From: Arsenophonus sp.
Lineage (GTDB): Bacteria; Pseudomonadota; Gammaproteobacteria; Enterobacterales; Enterobacteriaceae
Direction: 5' to 3'
Assembly: GCA_046530785.1 (NCBI GenBank)
Contig: JBHEQT010000006.1
Location: 12,726-76,725, forward strand
DNA length: 64,000 nucleotides
Shown here: in pieces, positions 37,060-50,299 of the stretch
Position numbering within the stretch: the stretch's first letter is position 1
How the letters are laid out: every line of letters begins with the position of its first letter
The notes under the pieces: generated by a model
What the model was told of the DNA's origin: nothing
Seen by the model: only the letters and a program-made list of their open reading frames with translations
The model's database searches: none
Position numbers and translations under genes: made by a program

Positions 37060-38890
37060 TGGAAAAAGAGAATTATTAGAGTACGAATGGAAAACTTATA
37101 CTTATTATAAGGACTAAATATTTTTAGTATTACGTAAAAATTTATTCCAGATTTTTAGCATTTAACCAACTAGTATCGGAAATAGTTACTTTATATAAAT
37201 TAAAAGTGAATAATTTGTTTCGTGATAAAGTTTTTAAAAATAAGCCTAAAATTATATTATGTTATTTTATTTGAATTGGATTAATCAAAAATAAAATGAA
37301 ATGGATTGAAGTTTTACCTAAAGATTATTTTCTATTTTCATCATCTTATTTCTACTAAATATAATCGAGATATTATATTAGAAATGAAGTTTAACGAGAA
37401 AAAATATTAAGATCCTATTTATAGTTCCTTTATTTTCTAAGGCTAACTGAAATGAATATCAACTATTTGGATATTATCTATAGCATTTAATAATCATCAA
37501 AATTTGTAGTTATAGTGATTATTAATTTTAATAACATGATAAGGAAATTTTCATTATCTAAAATAATTTATTTTTAAATAAACTGAATTTAATCTCTGTT
37601 ATCTTAACAAAATAAAAAGTTTGATTTAGAGATGAAGGATATGATTTTTAAACAGAATAGTAGGTAATGAAAATAGATAATAAACATGATAATTTTATTT
37701 TTAAATTTGGAGAGATAAATGATATTTTATCTCAAAAATTTTTCGAATTATCCTGTAACTAGATGATAAAAAGATTATCGACTATGTATCAAATGATGAT
37801 TTTATAATTACCTTTGTGTTAGAAAATAAGTGAGCGATAATTTTAGAATAAGTTAAATCCCTTATACTGAAAAAATTTGAATATTTATATTTTTGTGTTA
37901 ATAAAATTTTTTATTTATTAGAACTATAAAAATGGTAGAAAAATTGAGTTATTTGATTGATTTAAAATTTTTTATAATGATTTTAAAGTTATTTTATATT
38001 AACAGTTTTTTACTTTATATTAATATTTATATATAGAATATAGGTGGTAATGACGCTGTTTTTCATTACTGATCATCAAAATATATGATATTGTTGAAGT
38101 GATTATAAATTTTTCATTTAGAATCTGGATTTGTTTTGAATTGATGATATTTTTGATAATTCATCAAAATAGGATATGGAGAAATTATTTCCAAAATTTT
38201 TTGATTGGATCCCCAGAGAATTTGAATTTTATCTTAAAGGGAGATATTGGGTAGGGTCTCCTTTCTTAAAAAGAATTCAGTTGATGTAGAATTTTATATC
38301 AACTAAAAGAAGTAATAGAGATTGTATTTATTAGATTTAGATTATACTGAAAATGAATCTTAATTTTGGTATTCGCAAAAATGTTTTTTCAGAAAATAAA
38401 AAAAACTTTAAATTGAAAGTTTCTCTATTATATAACTAATTGATGATTATTATAATCAGATGATATCAAAACTAGAATAGGTTGGTACCCAGGCATAAAA
38501 TTCTAATATTCCTAAACAATTCTTAAATAAGATATCAGAAAAAACTATTTAGAAGATCATATATTATCAATGATTTTCCACCGATAAAATCCGTATCTCT
38601 CACAGTATATTGAAAATATAATTAATTATTTTTAGAAGTTTTATAAGAAATAGTTATACTATTAAATCAGACTTTTGAATTATTCAAGTAACAAAAAATT
38701 AATAGTTACTATTTATTTAGTGATTTCTAATATATAATGGATTATCGACAATGAGTTTATATATCAATGTTTCCCAATTTATAATAAATCCATCAGATGA
38801 TACCATAGAATTAAGTCTGATATACTACTTATTGTTTATCTTAGTAGTAGCATTAATTTTTTTATATCAAATATGGATCTGGATCATTAA
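37060..38890 (+). pseudogene. nuoC: Fused NuoCD remnant
   Basis: KISER*, IPYTEKI, TDHQNI.DIVEVI, FFDWIPRE and GLSTMS; terminal LIVYLSSSINFFISNMDLDH* (~LIVYLGSIDFVMSDVDR*). Confidence 0.85.
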
Positions 38891-39430
38891 TGATAAAAGA
38901 TCAATTTAATTCCAAATCAACAGGAGAAGAAACTCGTATTTAATAATTATCATAAATTCTTATGAAAAACATGATTCTTTTTAACAAAAGACGAGAATGG
39001 AAAGAGATTGAAAAATAAAAAATTGTTATAAGATTTTTTTCTAGAAGTTATTCAATTCAAGTATTAAAAATTGTTCAAAATACGATTGAGTGGTAAGATA
39101 ATGTTTTTATTTATCAATTACTGATTTATTAAATATTTCTATTAGTGATGTGAAAAGTAATAAACCTCTTTTTACACTCAAATTTATAACTACAACCTAT
39201 TGTTTAAAATACTATTCGCTATTTTGATGATCTTTCTTTATTATAAGCAAGTTATCAACATAATGAAGATAAAATTATTAATTTATTAAAATTTCTTCTG
39301 GATAAACAATAGAAGATAGTTATCTTACTTTTTTACTAATTTTTATTGTTTAGATAACTGTTCGATAAATGTTCCATTATAATCATTAATGAGAATATCT
39401 ATTCTTACGTAAAACAATTTAATATTCAAT
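38890..39430 (+). pseudogene. nuoE: NuoE remnant
   Basis: TAATG overlap with the nuoCD stop; LKIVQNTIEW (~LKIVQKQRGW) and CLDNC (~CLGNC). Confidence 0.75.
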
Positions 39431-40790
39431 TTTTATTGAAGTAATACTTATGCTAAAAAAGCGATAACTTGATATTAGGTTTTTGATGTAACAATTAAAT
39501 AACTTGTCAGTTATGTGAAAGATTATCCAAACCTGTATCTAAATTGGATACATCTATAATTAAAAATGGTTTTTAGTACTAAAAACCATAAAAGTACGTT
39601 GCAAGATCAATTTATTAGTTTAGTTATAAAGATCTTAATATTTAAAGTTAATGGTAAAACTTATTTTTCTACCGATTTAAAATGAAGTTTAATATCGAAA
39701 AATAAATAAATTAGTATTCCTTATCTTAATTTTCAATGTTGATAAAATAGAGTTAGAATTTTATAAAGGTTATCTTTAAGAAGAAAGAAGAAATTATTGT
39801 ATTTATTGATCAATCAAATTTTGATTTTCGTTGTATTAAAATTATACTGTGAATATAATTTCCTGCTTAATGAATATATTAAAATAGATAAATTTTTACA
39901 TTAAACAATTCAAGAAATAAAACAGAAAATTTATTAGAAAATAATATTTTTCCGGTTTTGACATTTAGCTTTTATGGATATCAGTTTTAGTATTTTATAG
40001 GTAAAGAAAAACGTTAATTAACTAATTTGAAAGGATGGGGAACGAGTTAAATCTTCGCCTTCAATCTCATTTAAGTAGAATCGGGTGTTTTTAATATAAT
40101 CTAAGGAAGACTTTTCAATAATATTGAACACTTTTTATGATACTCCTTGTAATCATTGAATATAAAAATAACATTCTTAGATTTAGAAAAATAAAATTAA
40201 AGATGCTGCAATAAAGTTAATTGAATTTTGGTTTAGTCAATAATTTAATGGTTATTGATAGTTATATTTTTTAGTATATAACTATTTATTAGATCTTGAA
40301 AAATTATGTAGTTAGAATATATAAAGTTTTAACGATTAAAGTATGGTATCCAGATTATTGTTGCTAATATAGATTTTTAAACGAAACGTATTCCAATTTA
40401 AAAAAATAAATTTCAATACTATTTCTAAATATAAAAACTTATTTATCTGCAATTTTTATATAAAAATTAATTTTTAAAATTAATACTTTTTCCTTAACTA
40501 AATAATTTTTCCCGTGAATTATATGGGGTGGTGTAGACTGTTGTTATGATGGTTTATTTTGGAGTCTAAAATTTTAGAAACATTAAAATTTTGTGTGATG
40601 AAAGAAAAAATTGATATTAAAAGATTAGATTAACTTTTATCTCTTTTTTGGATTTAGGTAAAACTTTTGTGATTTTTTTATCGATACAGAAGAAACTTTA
40701 CAGATTGCTATCAAATATTTTTACTTTAATTTAAAATTATGGTATTAAATTAATTAATTTTTTAAATTTAAGAAAATTATAAAAATTAAA
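39430..40790 (+). pseudogene. nuoF: NuoF remnant
   Basis: KNGF, GKEKR*LTNLKG (~GEETALINSLEG), NNIE, and FSRE..GWC...DGLFWSLK (~[21 protein letters not shown]). Confidence 0.82.
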
Positions 40791-40929
40791 TTAATTTTGT
40801 TAAAAATATTTTTTGATAACTTATCTTAGAGTGAATAAAAAAATAAATTTCCGTCAATTAAATTTTTTAATTAATACCTTTCTGAAATTAAAGCGATAGA
40901 TAGAAAATATACTAATATTATTATAACAC

Positions 40930-43670
40930 ATGTTGAATATATAGAAAAAACAATATAATATAAAATAGAAATGAGAATTTTTTGAAGTCATATTCTTTTT
41001 ATTTTGGAGGTAATCTTATTTTCTGATATTTATAGATCAGATATATATTTCTTCTTTCCGTAAAATTTCAGTTAAATGATATCAAAAATCTTGATGATAC
41101 AAAAATAATCATCTGATAATCTTTTTATATATGAAAAGGGATTATGATAGAAGAATCTATATTTTATCGATGGGATATAGATGAATCCAGGTAGTTTCAT
41201 TTGAGTGTTATTGATTGTTATTGATAATAATCATCTATATGATTTTCCAGTTTTCGAGAAAGAAAAAATTTATCATTTACAATGACATGATATACAGTGA
41301 TGATTGGTAATACAATGCGTAAATGTCATTTTATAAAAAACATCATAATCAGAATCTATAATTTATTTACTAATCACGAAAATAAATCGTTATATCAATT
41401 ATTATTGATTTTTATTTATTATTATAATGGTTTAACTCTCAGTTAGTATCCGATCCTAGGTTGTTTATAGTTCTAACAATCTCTATTTTAGAGGAGTAGA
41501 ATATAGTTCAGTAGAACATGAATTTTATCTGGAAATTTTCCCTATTGATTTTTACTAATAGAATTCATTCTTAGTATTACAATTTAAAGTAGAAAATTTA
41601 ATTTAGACTAGAAATATATGTATAATTAATACTATTATATATACTTCTAATATATATAAGTGAAAATTTTATGGTAAATTATGAAAGAATTAAAAATTCT
41701 TTACGAAAGCATCATAAATCAATATTTTATTTAATTAGATAACTTTTTTAAAAAATCATAAAAGATCATTCCCTAATTTTAATAATTATTTAAAAAAGAA
41801 AAATTATATACTATTTATTTATGGAGAATAAATGAGTGCAAAATTTTTTATTAATCAAAAATTATCGGTATTAGATAACTAAAAGCTATTGTTGATAACA
41901 ATCATATATTACTGAAACTTATTAATGAAGAAAATTTTCATTCAGATATTTCTAAATTTGGAGCAATATTATTATTTTTAATTAAAAACGGTAAATACTA
42001 TAAAAATAAAGGCGCTTATTCTCCCAATATTGCGAGAAAATTGAAAATTATAATTCGATGCTAATTTTATGGAAAATTTAACAAAAATTTTACTATATAC
42101 AGAATTAATTCAATTCGTAAAGTTTTTAAAGGTAAAGAAAAATAAATAGCTAAAAATACAAAAGAGGAATATTAAAAAACTTATCACTGTACTTAAATAT
42201 TAATAAGTATGTTAAATATTCTCTATTTATTACCAATAAAATAATAGCCATTTATATAATATATCCAAATTAATTTATTATATCCCCCAATTGATGATCA
42301 AGTTCGTTTTTACTTTTTTAGTACTCACTCTTTAAAGAGTAATAAAACAGTTTTTGATAATTTATAACTGAAAACTAAACTGAAAATTAAAGTAGTTTCG
42401 AAAATATTATTGTAGAGGAAAAATCCACTTGTTATTGATAGTAACAATTTCGGTAGTTATATGCGCATTTATTAAAAGATTCTTTTAATATTTCTTTTCA
42501 TTAAAAGAAAATAATCTAGAAGAAAAGAAGAATTATTATATTTTGTTTACTTAAGTTAATAAGATTTAGTATTCCTTAATAAACGCTTAACTATTAAGAT
42601 ATGGAAATCGAGTATAATCAATTATATCAGATGATATTGATAACATCAATAATATTTGATGTTATTTTTAATAAATTCATTGTTATAAATCATCAATATA
42701 ACTCTAATCCTATCTGTTTATAGATAAACAGATTTATTATTTATATTCCGATAACTTTTTTGAAGATTCACTGGTTCATACTAATTAATAATAAATATCC
42801 TGCACAAACAACTTTATTTCATATTTATAAAATAAATTGTTACTAACCATAGGGTTAATATAAATGAAATCTAGTATTATTTTTATTTTATTGGATTCAG
42901 AAAAAATGAAAAACATCTTTATATAAATTGGTTTTAATTATATTATATATTCAATACTATAATAATAAGATATACATTATTTATTATTTTTATGTGTGGA
43001 AAATCTAATATTAGAGATTTCGTGCTCTGGGACAGAATTAGCGTAATCTTTAAATGATTAAAGTTAATCATAGATTATACTTTAATATTGGATAATATTA
43101 AATTTATTGAACCTGATCAGTTATGCGATATTGGATACACCATTTACTTTTAGATAGAAGGTTAACAATATTCCAGTTATTATTCGCAAATAAATTCTTA
43201 TTTTTTTCCAAAAATAAAAATTTACTTCAAATATAGAATAAGTTTTAAAATAAAATAGATGGAGAAATTATGTTTTGACGATCTGGATATATTTGATTAT
43301 TTAATTCGATTAATACTCAATTATATTATTTTGTTTTTATTTTATATTCTGTGATTGAAAATCAAAAGATAAGAAATGAATAAAGTTTCACCTTGATTAT
43401 TATATTTTAGTATTGATGAAATATCATAAATTCTGAAAAAAATACAAAACATATACTAATAGTATATGTTATATTCAATATTGAAGATCCTGAATACTTA
43501 ATTATTAAAAGTCGAAAGAATTCTTGAACTTAGTTATGTTAAAAAGTTTTATTAACTTCAATTTGTTTCAATTAGTATTTTGTTAAAATTCAGATTTATT
43601 TATTTTTATACATTCCTTTAATGTTACCAACAATAGGATATTATTTACCATAAAATTTATTGAGGGAACA
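40930..43670 (+). pseudogene. nuoG: NuoG remnant
   Basis: NNHLYDFPVFEKEKIYHLQ (~TNHPHDCPVCEEGGNCHLQ), TVMIGN, KNPLVI and FRALGQ; Fe-S cysteines lost. Confidence 0.8.
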
Positions 43671-43679
43671 AAATAACCC

Positions 43680-44615
43680 TCCTTTACAGAGAAAAATCGC
43701 TACGGTTATTTTTATATAACAAGAGATAGTTATCTTATTGTTAATTATTATTGTAACGATCTAATAATTTTTGAAGATATTGTTTATTGAGAGAGCTATT
43801 CCATAATTGTTATGGAGACATAATTGTATATGTAATTGGTGGTTTTCTTGCAGATTATTACTAATATGATCAAATATTTATTTAAGGAAGATTTAATCCA
43901 AAAATTTTCAGATAAAAATATTTTATATTAGTATCAGCAATTTTTTTATTTCATCTTATTTTTATTGTTATTATTGCTGTTTAGGTAGGGGAAACACTTG
44001 ATATTTTCTAGATAATCTTAATATATTATCCTGTTATTTTTTTATGATTCCTGGATTAATAATTTATTTGATACTGTTATTTTCTATCTAGTTAAGCAAA
44101 AAGTATTTTTACTAAGTTTTATTTGTTTTTTGCTCAGAATTTAGATTCTGAAGTCTTTTTAAAAGTTTTATTAATGAATGTCATTTTCTGGATCCGGTTT
44201 CTTTAACTTAATTAGATATTATTAATTCCCCACAAAAAATATTCTATATTTTTTTTGGAATTTTAGATTTTAATTTTTATCGCTGATTTGGAGTTAATTG
44301 ACTTCATTCGTTTGATCAATTTGAATAAGAAAAATAATTTTTCGATGTTTATCATATTGAATATTTTAGTATTCTTATTATTTCTTAATTAAATAAAATC
44401 TTATTTTCTGTGTATCTCTTTCTTGTACTATTACCTAATCTTTATTTGTTTTATCTTAAAATAGTCCTCTTTATGATAATTTTTATTCTTGTTTTTTGTT
44501 TTATATCGCACCTTTTTATAAATCAACTGATAGATATCTTTTGGAAAGTATTTTTTCCATTGATGTTGATTAATCTGGGTTAGTGACCGGAAGAGGTTAT
44601 TTTTATGCAGCATTT
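43680..44615 (+). pseudogene. nuoH: NuoH remnant
   Basis: LQIITNMIKYLFKEDLIQKFSDKNIF (~[26 protein letters not shown]), FDQFE*EK*FFDVYHIEY and WKVFFPLMLINL. Confidence 0.87.
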
Positions 44616-44636
44616 AAATTAAGAAAAAATAGAGGA

Positions 44637-45170
44637 ATGATATTAAAAGAATCATCTCCTTATTTAATTATTCAATTATATAATAATTTTATGATCTGGA
44701 TAAATTATTTTTATAAAAGTTAAAATGTACCAAAAGGGAAATATTATTTATTTATTTTCATTATTATCACTGATGCATTATTATATTTATCTGTGATTCT
44801 GTTTGATGATAAAGAACGTATTATATAGATTGAAATTTATATGTTGTACTTTATCCTGTTAGGTATATTCAGTATAAAATTAGGAATAACCAAAATGGTG
44901 GGTCATTTGATATCCAGAATTTTCTAGATCAATTTTTCTTATTGTATTTTTAGTTTATTTGAAGAATCTTTTTCTACTATAAGAGATATAATTAATGCAT
45001 GATTTTGATATCATGGAACATAAACTTCAAGATCTGATTTATTAAAAATAGGATTTGTTTATTTTTTAGGAATAGATAAAATATTTAGATGATAATCTTA
45101 TCACAAAATAGGAATAAAATTATTGGTTAAATAAAAATTAAGGTTATAATGAAGATAATTATATTATTAA
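44637..45170 (+). pseudogene. nuoI: NuoI remnant
   Basis: GAGGA RBS plus MILKE; DDKER; *YPEF; QDLIY*K*DLFI (~QDLVYEKEDLLI). Confidence 0.8.
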
Positions 45171-45201
45171 TATAATTTTATTATCATAAATAGTAATAAT
45201 T

Positions 45202-45750
45202 ATGGAATTTAAATTTTTAAATTACCGTTGGGATTGATTACTGTTTTTTATTTACTTTTATTGGTAGCAACAAATATTAATCTATACATACTTTTATTAT
45301 ATTTTATAGTTCCCATATTATCTCTTTATTAATATTTTTATTTATTAAATTTTATTTTTCTATCTGTATTAGAAATTATCATTTATCCTAGGGATCGATC
45401 ATAATTATTATTATTTTTTATTTATGAAATCCTTAATTTATAGATAAATTAATCGTTAACAAGAAAAGTATTTGGATAGAGATAAAATCTGGACTAGAAG
45501 AGATAAGTTATTCTTTCAGTAGTTTTACTTACTTTTGTTATTTATGTTATTATTTCAATATAAGAAATCTGGATATTAAAGATGAGATGATTAATAAAAA
45601 ACTGGTTTGTATTAATTTATTTTCCTATTATATAAGAAGATATTGAAATTAGTTTCTTTTATTATTAGCGAAGAGAATTATTGTAAAATTTCATATAGAG
45701 CGTTAAATAACCTTAATTATCTTGATAATCATTCAAATCTAGAGGAAAAA
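45202..45750 (+). pseudogene. nuoJ: NuoJ remnant
   Basis: MEFKF start and LEIIIY (~LEIIVY). Confidence 0.72.
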
Positions 45751-45764
45751 TTAAAACAGAAATT

Positions 45765-46065
45765 TTTTATATAATATGGATTAATTTTAGAAGAAACTTT
45801 ATTTGTTTTAGAATTATGTTGTCTTTTTGATTAATCTTAATTTTTTTATATTATTTGGATTAGAAATAATAATTGATTTAATGGCATTAATCTTTTATTA
45901 CTTTTTGTGGTTTTATTTGAGATAGAAAATGGTAAAGTAATTTATATTTAAAATATTAGGTTTAGTTTGTTGCAAAAGTGCAAATATGGAATTATTCTTT
46001 TATTTCAACTTCATCATTATTCTCAGAACTTTAATATTGATGAAGTTATTGAGATGTATAGATGA
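45765..46065 (+). pseudogene. nuoK: NuoK remnant
   Basis: YGLILEETLFVL, GLEII and NGKVIYI; terminal FQLHHYSQNFNIDEVIEMYR* (~[20 protein letters not shown]). Confidence 0.85.
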
Positions 46066-47900
46066 GTTTACTTTATTTAACCATTTTGATTTTTTCTATT
46101 AGAGTTTTATTATTATATTTTACCTTTTTTTGGAAAGTTTCTTTGATATCCTATGGATAGGTTCTGTAGATTTTAGAAGTGATTACATAATATTTTTCTA
46201 GAAATTAATTTTTTGTGGTAATAAAAATATGACGTTGGATATATTATAGTCTGATATCACGATATTATGGATACAAGTAGATATTTTAAGTATTCTTTAA
46301 TATACTGGTGTTTAATGTGGGTTATTATCAACCATGTTAGTACTTGTGACTATTGTTGATTTTTAAATTCATTTATATGTTTCTTAGTATATAAATAATA
46401 AAAAGATCATTTCTTTTTTTGTTTACACCAATTTGGTTATTAACAGTATAATTTTTTAGTTTTATTTGAAAATATCATTCTAATTATACTTTGCTTCAAA
46501 GGAAGTCTATTTATCTAGTTAGTTGCCAATCTATTTTATTATACTAATGTTTTAAGTAAAAAGATATCTATAAAATTACTATTAGATTTTATTTAGTATG
46601 TATTTTAATAATTGATATTATCTATGCTTTATAAGCAGTTTAAAATATTGAATTTCCATTGATTAAAAATAGTAATAACACCAATAAATTAGAGATATTT
46701 TTTATTGATTAATCTGGTAATGTTATTGATCGTTTATATCGCAATCGATAAATATGCTTAGTTATCTAAAACTGATTATCTGATGTCAAAGATAGGTTCA
46801 TAATTTATTTATTTGAAATTTTTATTCATGCGCCTACTATAAGGATCTTTTTTTTTAATTTCTAGAGACCAAGATGAACATATTATTTTGTGGATGGCAC
46901 AAGAAAAATTTGTATTTATTCTTACCATTATTGCAGTTATCCTAATATTAGATCTATATTTGGATTTAGTAAAAATATAAAACGAATATTGAATTATTAG
47001 ATTACAAGCAAAAAGTCTATATGTTTTTATATTTAGTTTTTTATAATTGAGATATGATTATTTCATTTGAACGAAATACTGTTATTTAAAATTTTTATAT
47101 TTTTATTTTTCTATTCATTAATTATTTTTTATCATCACGAACAAAATATATTTAATATTGGATTATTTTACATAGGATATTATCCTTTTATTTTTATTTT
47201 TAATCTTCGGTAATTCGCTAACGACAACTCCGATAATTCATTGTCCGCTTTTATAGTAAAAAAGATATTTTATGGGGAGAGATGTACACCAATAAGTAGA
47301 AAATATTTACTATAAAACTGGAATAATTAGGATATATATTATCAAATTTTTATATATTCTATATGATTTTACTGTTTTCATCGTATAAATAATATTTATG
47401 GAATTAATTTTTTGATATTAGTCAGAGATTTTATCATTAGTAATATTAGCAATATTATTAAAAGTTATTAATACACTGATTGTTCAAATATTATCTGGTA
47501 TTTCCTCATAAATAAAATAATTAATAATTTCTAGTAATATTATGATAGAAATAATTTTAGTACTTATGTACATCAACTTTATCTTATCATTATTAATACT
47601 TTCCTATCTAAAAAAGAGTAAGGTTTGTTAAATAAAATACCAAAAAATGAGATATGATCTCTTACCGAGAAAGTAGCAAAGGAATAGAGAGATTAATCAA
47701 CTTTATAATCTTATTTTAGTTAGTTTTTAAAGAAATTAGTTAATTAGTAGAAAAGATCTTATCAATTCATTAATAAATTATTTAGTAATCATAGTATTAT
47801 ATTGTGGAAATAAAAGATTAACTTTCTTAATCAGAACTGAAAAGTTCATTGGAATTGAATCTTTTTATAATGGTTAAAATCAAGAATTTATTTAGAACTG
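46062..47900 (+). pseudogene. nuoL: NuoL remnant
   Basis: ATGA overlap and MSLLYLTI; FLIHLYVS*Y...FFVYTNL; KYA*L; IHAPT; KRILNY; KDLINS. Confidence 0.82.
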
Positions 47901-48029
47901 TTTTTCTCTGTTGATTTAATTCAAAAGTAAATTTCTGTTGTGCTTATTATTTATCTTGATTAATAACTTCTTCTCTTATTTGAAGAGAGAGTGTTCTATG
48001 TTAGAAAAATCCGATTGATTTAATAAAAG

Positions 48030-48530
48030 AGTATCACGATATTTTCTTTATCTGTTATTGAGTTATTAGCGATGGCTTCTCTTTGTAATATTCTGTTAAA
48101 GGAAAATCATTTATTTAACTGGAGTAGTTTGCATTACTACAATGATAAAAGATCCTTTATTATCTCATATAGATTATACAAACGAATCTATTAGATATTA
48201 ATATTTTTCCTTAACAATTGATTCTTTATTATTACTAATGATAGTGTTAATGAGATCTATTATTAGGATTTCTATATATTGAGTTCTGAATAATTTAAAT
48301 TGATAATAGGGTATTTATTGTGTATTAATTGAATATTTTCTTTTATTTAATGTATTCTATATGAATAAAATAGATCCAAATTATAATGTATCGAAAAATC
48401 ATAAAAGTGCTACTAATTTTAAATAATCGCGAAATATTATTTTTTTTGAAATTAGCATTTTATTTATATGGAATTAAGCTTTTATTTAAAAAGACTAGTG
48501 TTTAATATTTTTGAAGTATTTATAAAATCT
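48030..48530 (+). pseudogene. nuoM: NuoM remnant with about 1-kb internal deletion
   Basis: WSSL.ITTM and FSLTIDSLLLLMIVLM (~IHLAIDGLSLLMVVLT), then C-terminal-like NREI..GI..KTS. Only about 500 bp remain before nuoN. Confidence 0.55.
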
Positions 48531-48539
48531 CTTCATATA

Positions 48540-50030
48540 CTATAATTTTTAGAAAATTGGAAATAGATTTTCATCACTTTTTATTGTATGGTTTATTTAA
48601 TGTTAATTGTTTTATATTATCCATTTCTTTTTAGTTTTGCTATTATTTAATTAATCCAATATATAAAACTATACCCAATTTTATTATTATTCTTTTCTTC
48701 TCTTTTAGTTGGGGATAAATTACCATTTGAAGTAATTTATTAATTTTATATAAGATAAATATTACGATTTATATAGCACATTAATTTTTAATTTCCTTTA
48801 TCATGGAAATAAATCTTCTATACTTATAGATGGATTTTAGTATAACTGAATAATAAATAATAATTTATATTTATTAGTTATTTATATAATAAAAGAGATG
48901 TTCATTATTGATACTTTAATTATTTAAAGCTTATTCATTGATATTGAATTAATTCAATTTGTTATTATATTGTTTTTATTTATGGTGTATCTTTATTCAG
49001 AAAGATACATTAGAAGTTAATATTAAGTATATTTTGCTATTATCCATTATTTTTTATTTTATTGTTCGGTATAGTATTGTTTTTATATTAAATAAGGTAA
49101 GTTAATATTTAGAAAGTCAAATTTAATCCTAAATGAAAATGTCATTCATTAATCCAAATTATTATAATTGATATCGGGGATGATTGTTGATTGCAATTTA
49201 GTTTAAATTCTCTTTTGTATCTTTTAATTATCAAAGCAAAAAAATATTTATCAAGATAACCTTGGTAACTACAGTATAGACATTTTTAGAAACTATTAGT
49301 AAAATAGCGAGTTTATAGTTTTAATTTGTTTATTAATAACATTACATATTATAAAAAATAAGGAATTACAGTAATAATGCTTTAAGTATTTTTTATTTAT
49401 TCTGTATTTTTAGTAATTTACTAGATATTCTACAATAGAGTATTAAGCATTTTTAGGTTATTAATCTATTTTTATATTTAGAAAATACTACTTTTATTAA
49501 TCGTTTTATAATTTAATTTTTTACATTGAAAATGAGAATATTAATATATTTTATAGAATATTTATTTTTTAATTTTAGAACACTTTAGTATTTGTCAAGT
49601 ATTCTTTTTTAGTTACTAATCTTTAGTAACGGTAGCTACGATATCAATCGTCTCAAGTGAGTAATGTTATCGTCAATCGATTATCGTAATTATTTTGTAT
49701 ATTATGATAATATTGTTAGCAAAGGATACCGATTTATCTTAAATTTATTGATAAATTATATATTATCATTATCTTCTTTTAACACTAAATAATAATATTC
49801 AACTGATTTTTCTTTATTATTAGTAGCATGAGAATTTGAGTTTATACTATAATTTGTATTTATAGTTAATTTATAATAAAACAGTGAATCAAATAGTAAA
49901 TACAGATGTGGAACCTCACGAATTATTAATTTATATATTTTTATTGTATACAGTTATTATAATTTTATTAGGAATATGGTCACAAAACCTTTGTTTGAGA
50001 TTGCAATTACTATCTTAGAAGACAGTCTGA
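48540..50030 (+). pseudogene. nuoN: NuoN remnant
   Basis: LFIVGL..ILSIS, SLFIDIELI, LEVNIKYILL...LFGIVL, FKFSFVSF, TFLETISKIA and LLGIWSQ. Confidence 0.87.
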
Positions 50031-50299
50031 ATATCATTAATTTTTAAATAAATTGTTGTAATATACTATGTTATTTTTATAACAAAATATTATTAATAAT
50101 GAAAAATTAATAATTAGATTAGAAAAAAAACTACAAATAAAAAATAAATAGTAGATTAATGAGTTAGTTTAATAAAACAAATTTATTGAATTCTTATTAA
50201 GAAGATAGGTTATTATAGTTAATATTACCTAATTCATAGGAAAAATTTATCAAATTTATCTAAATTAAAATTTAATGTCATTAAAAGAATATAGAATAG

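Noticed and set aside
44431-44613. Minus-strand ORF of 60 aa
   Set aside because: Antisense to the nuoH remnant.
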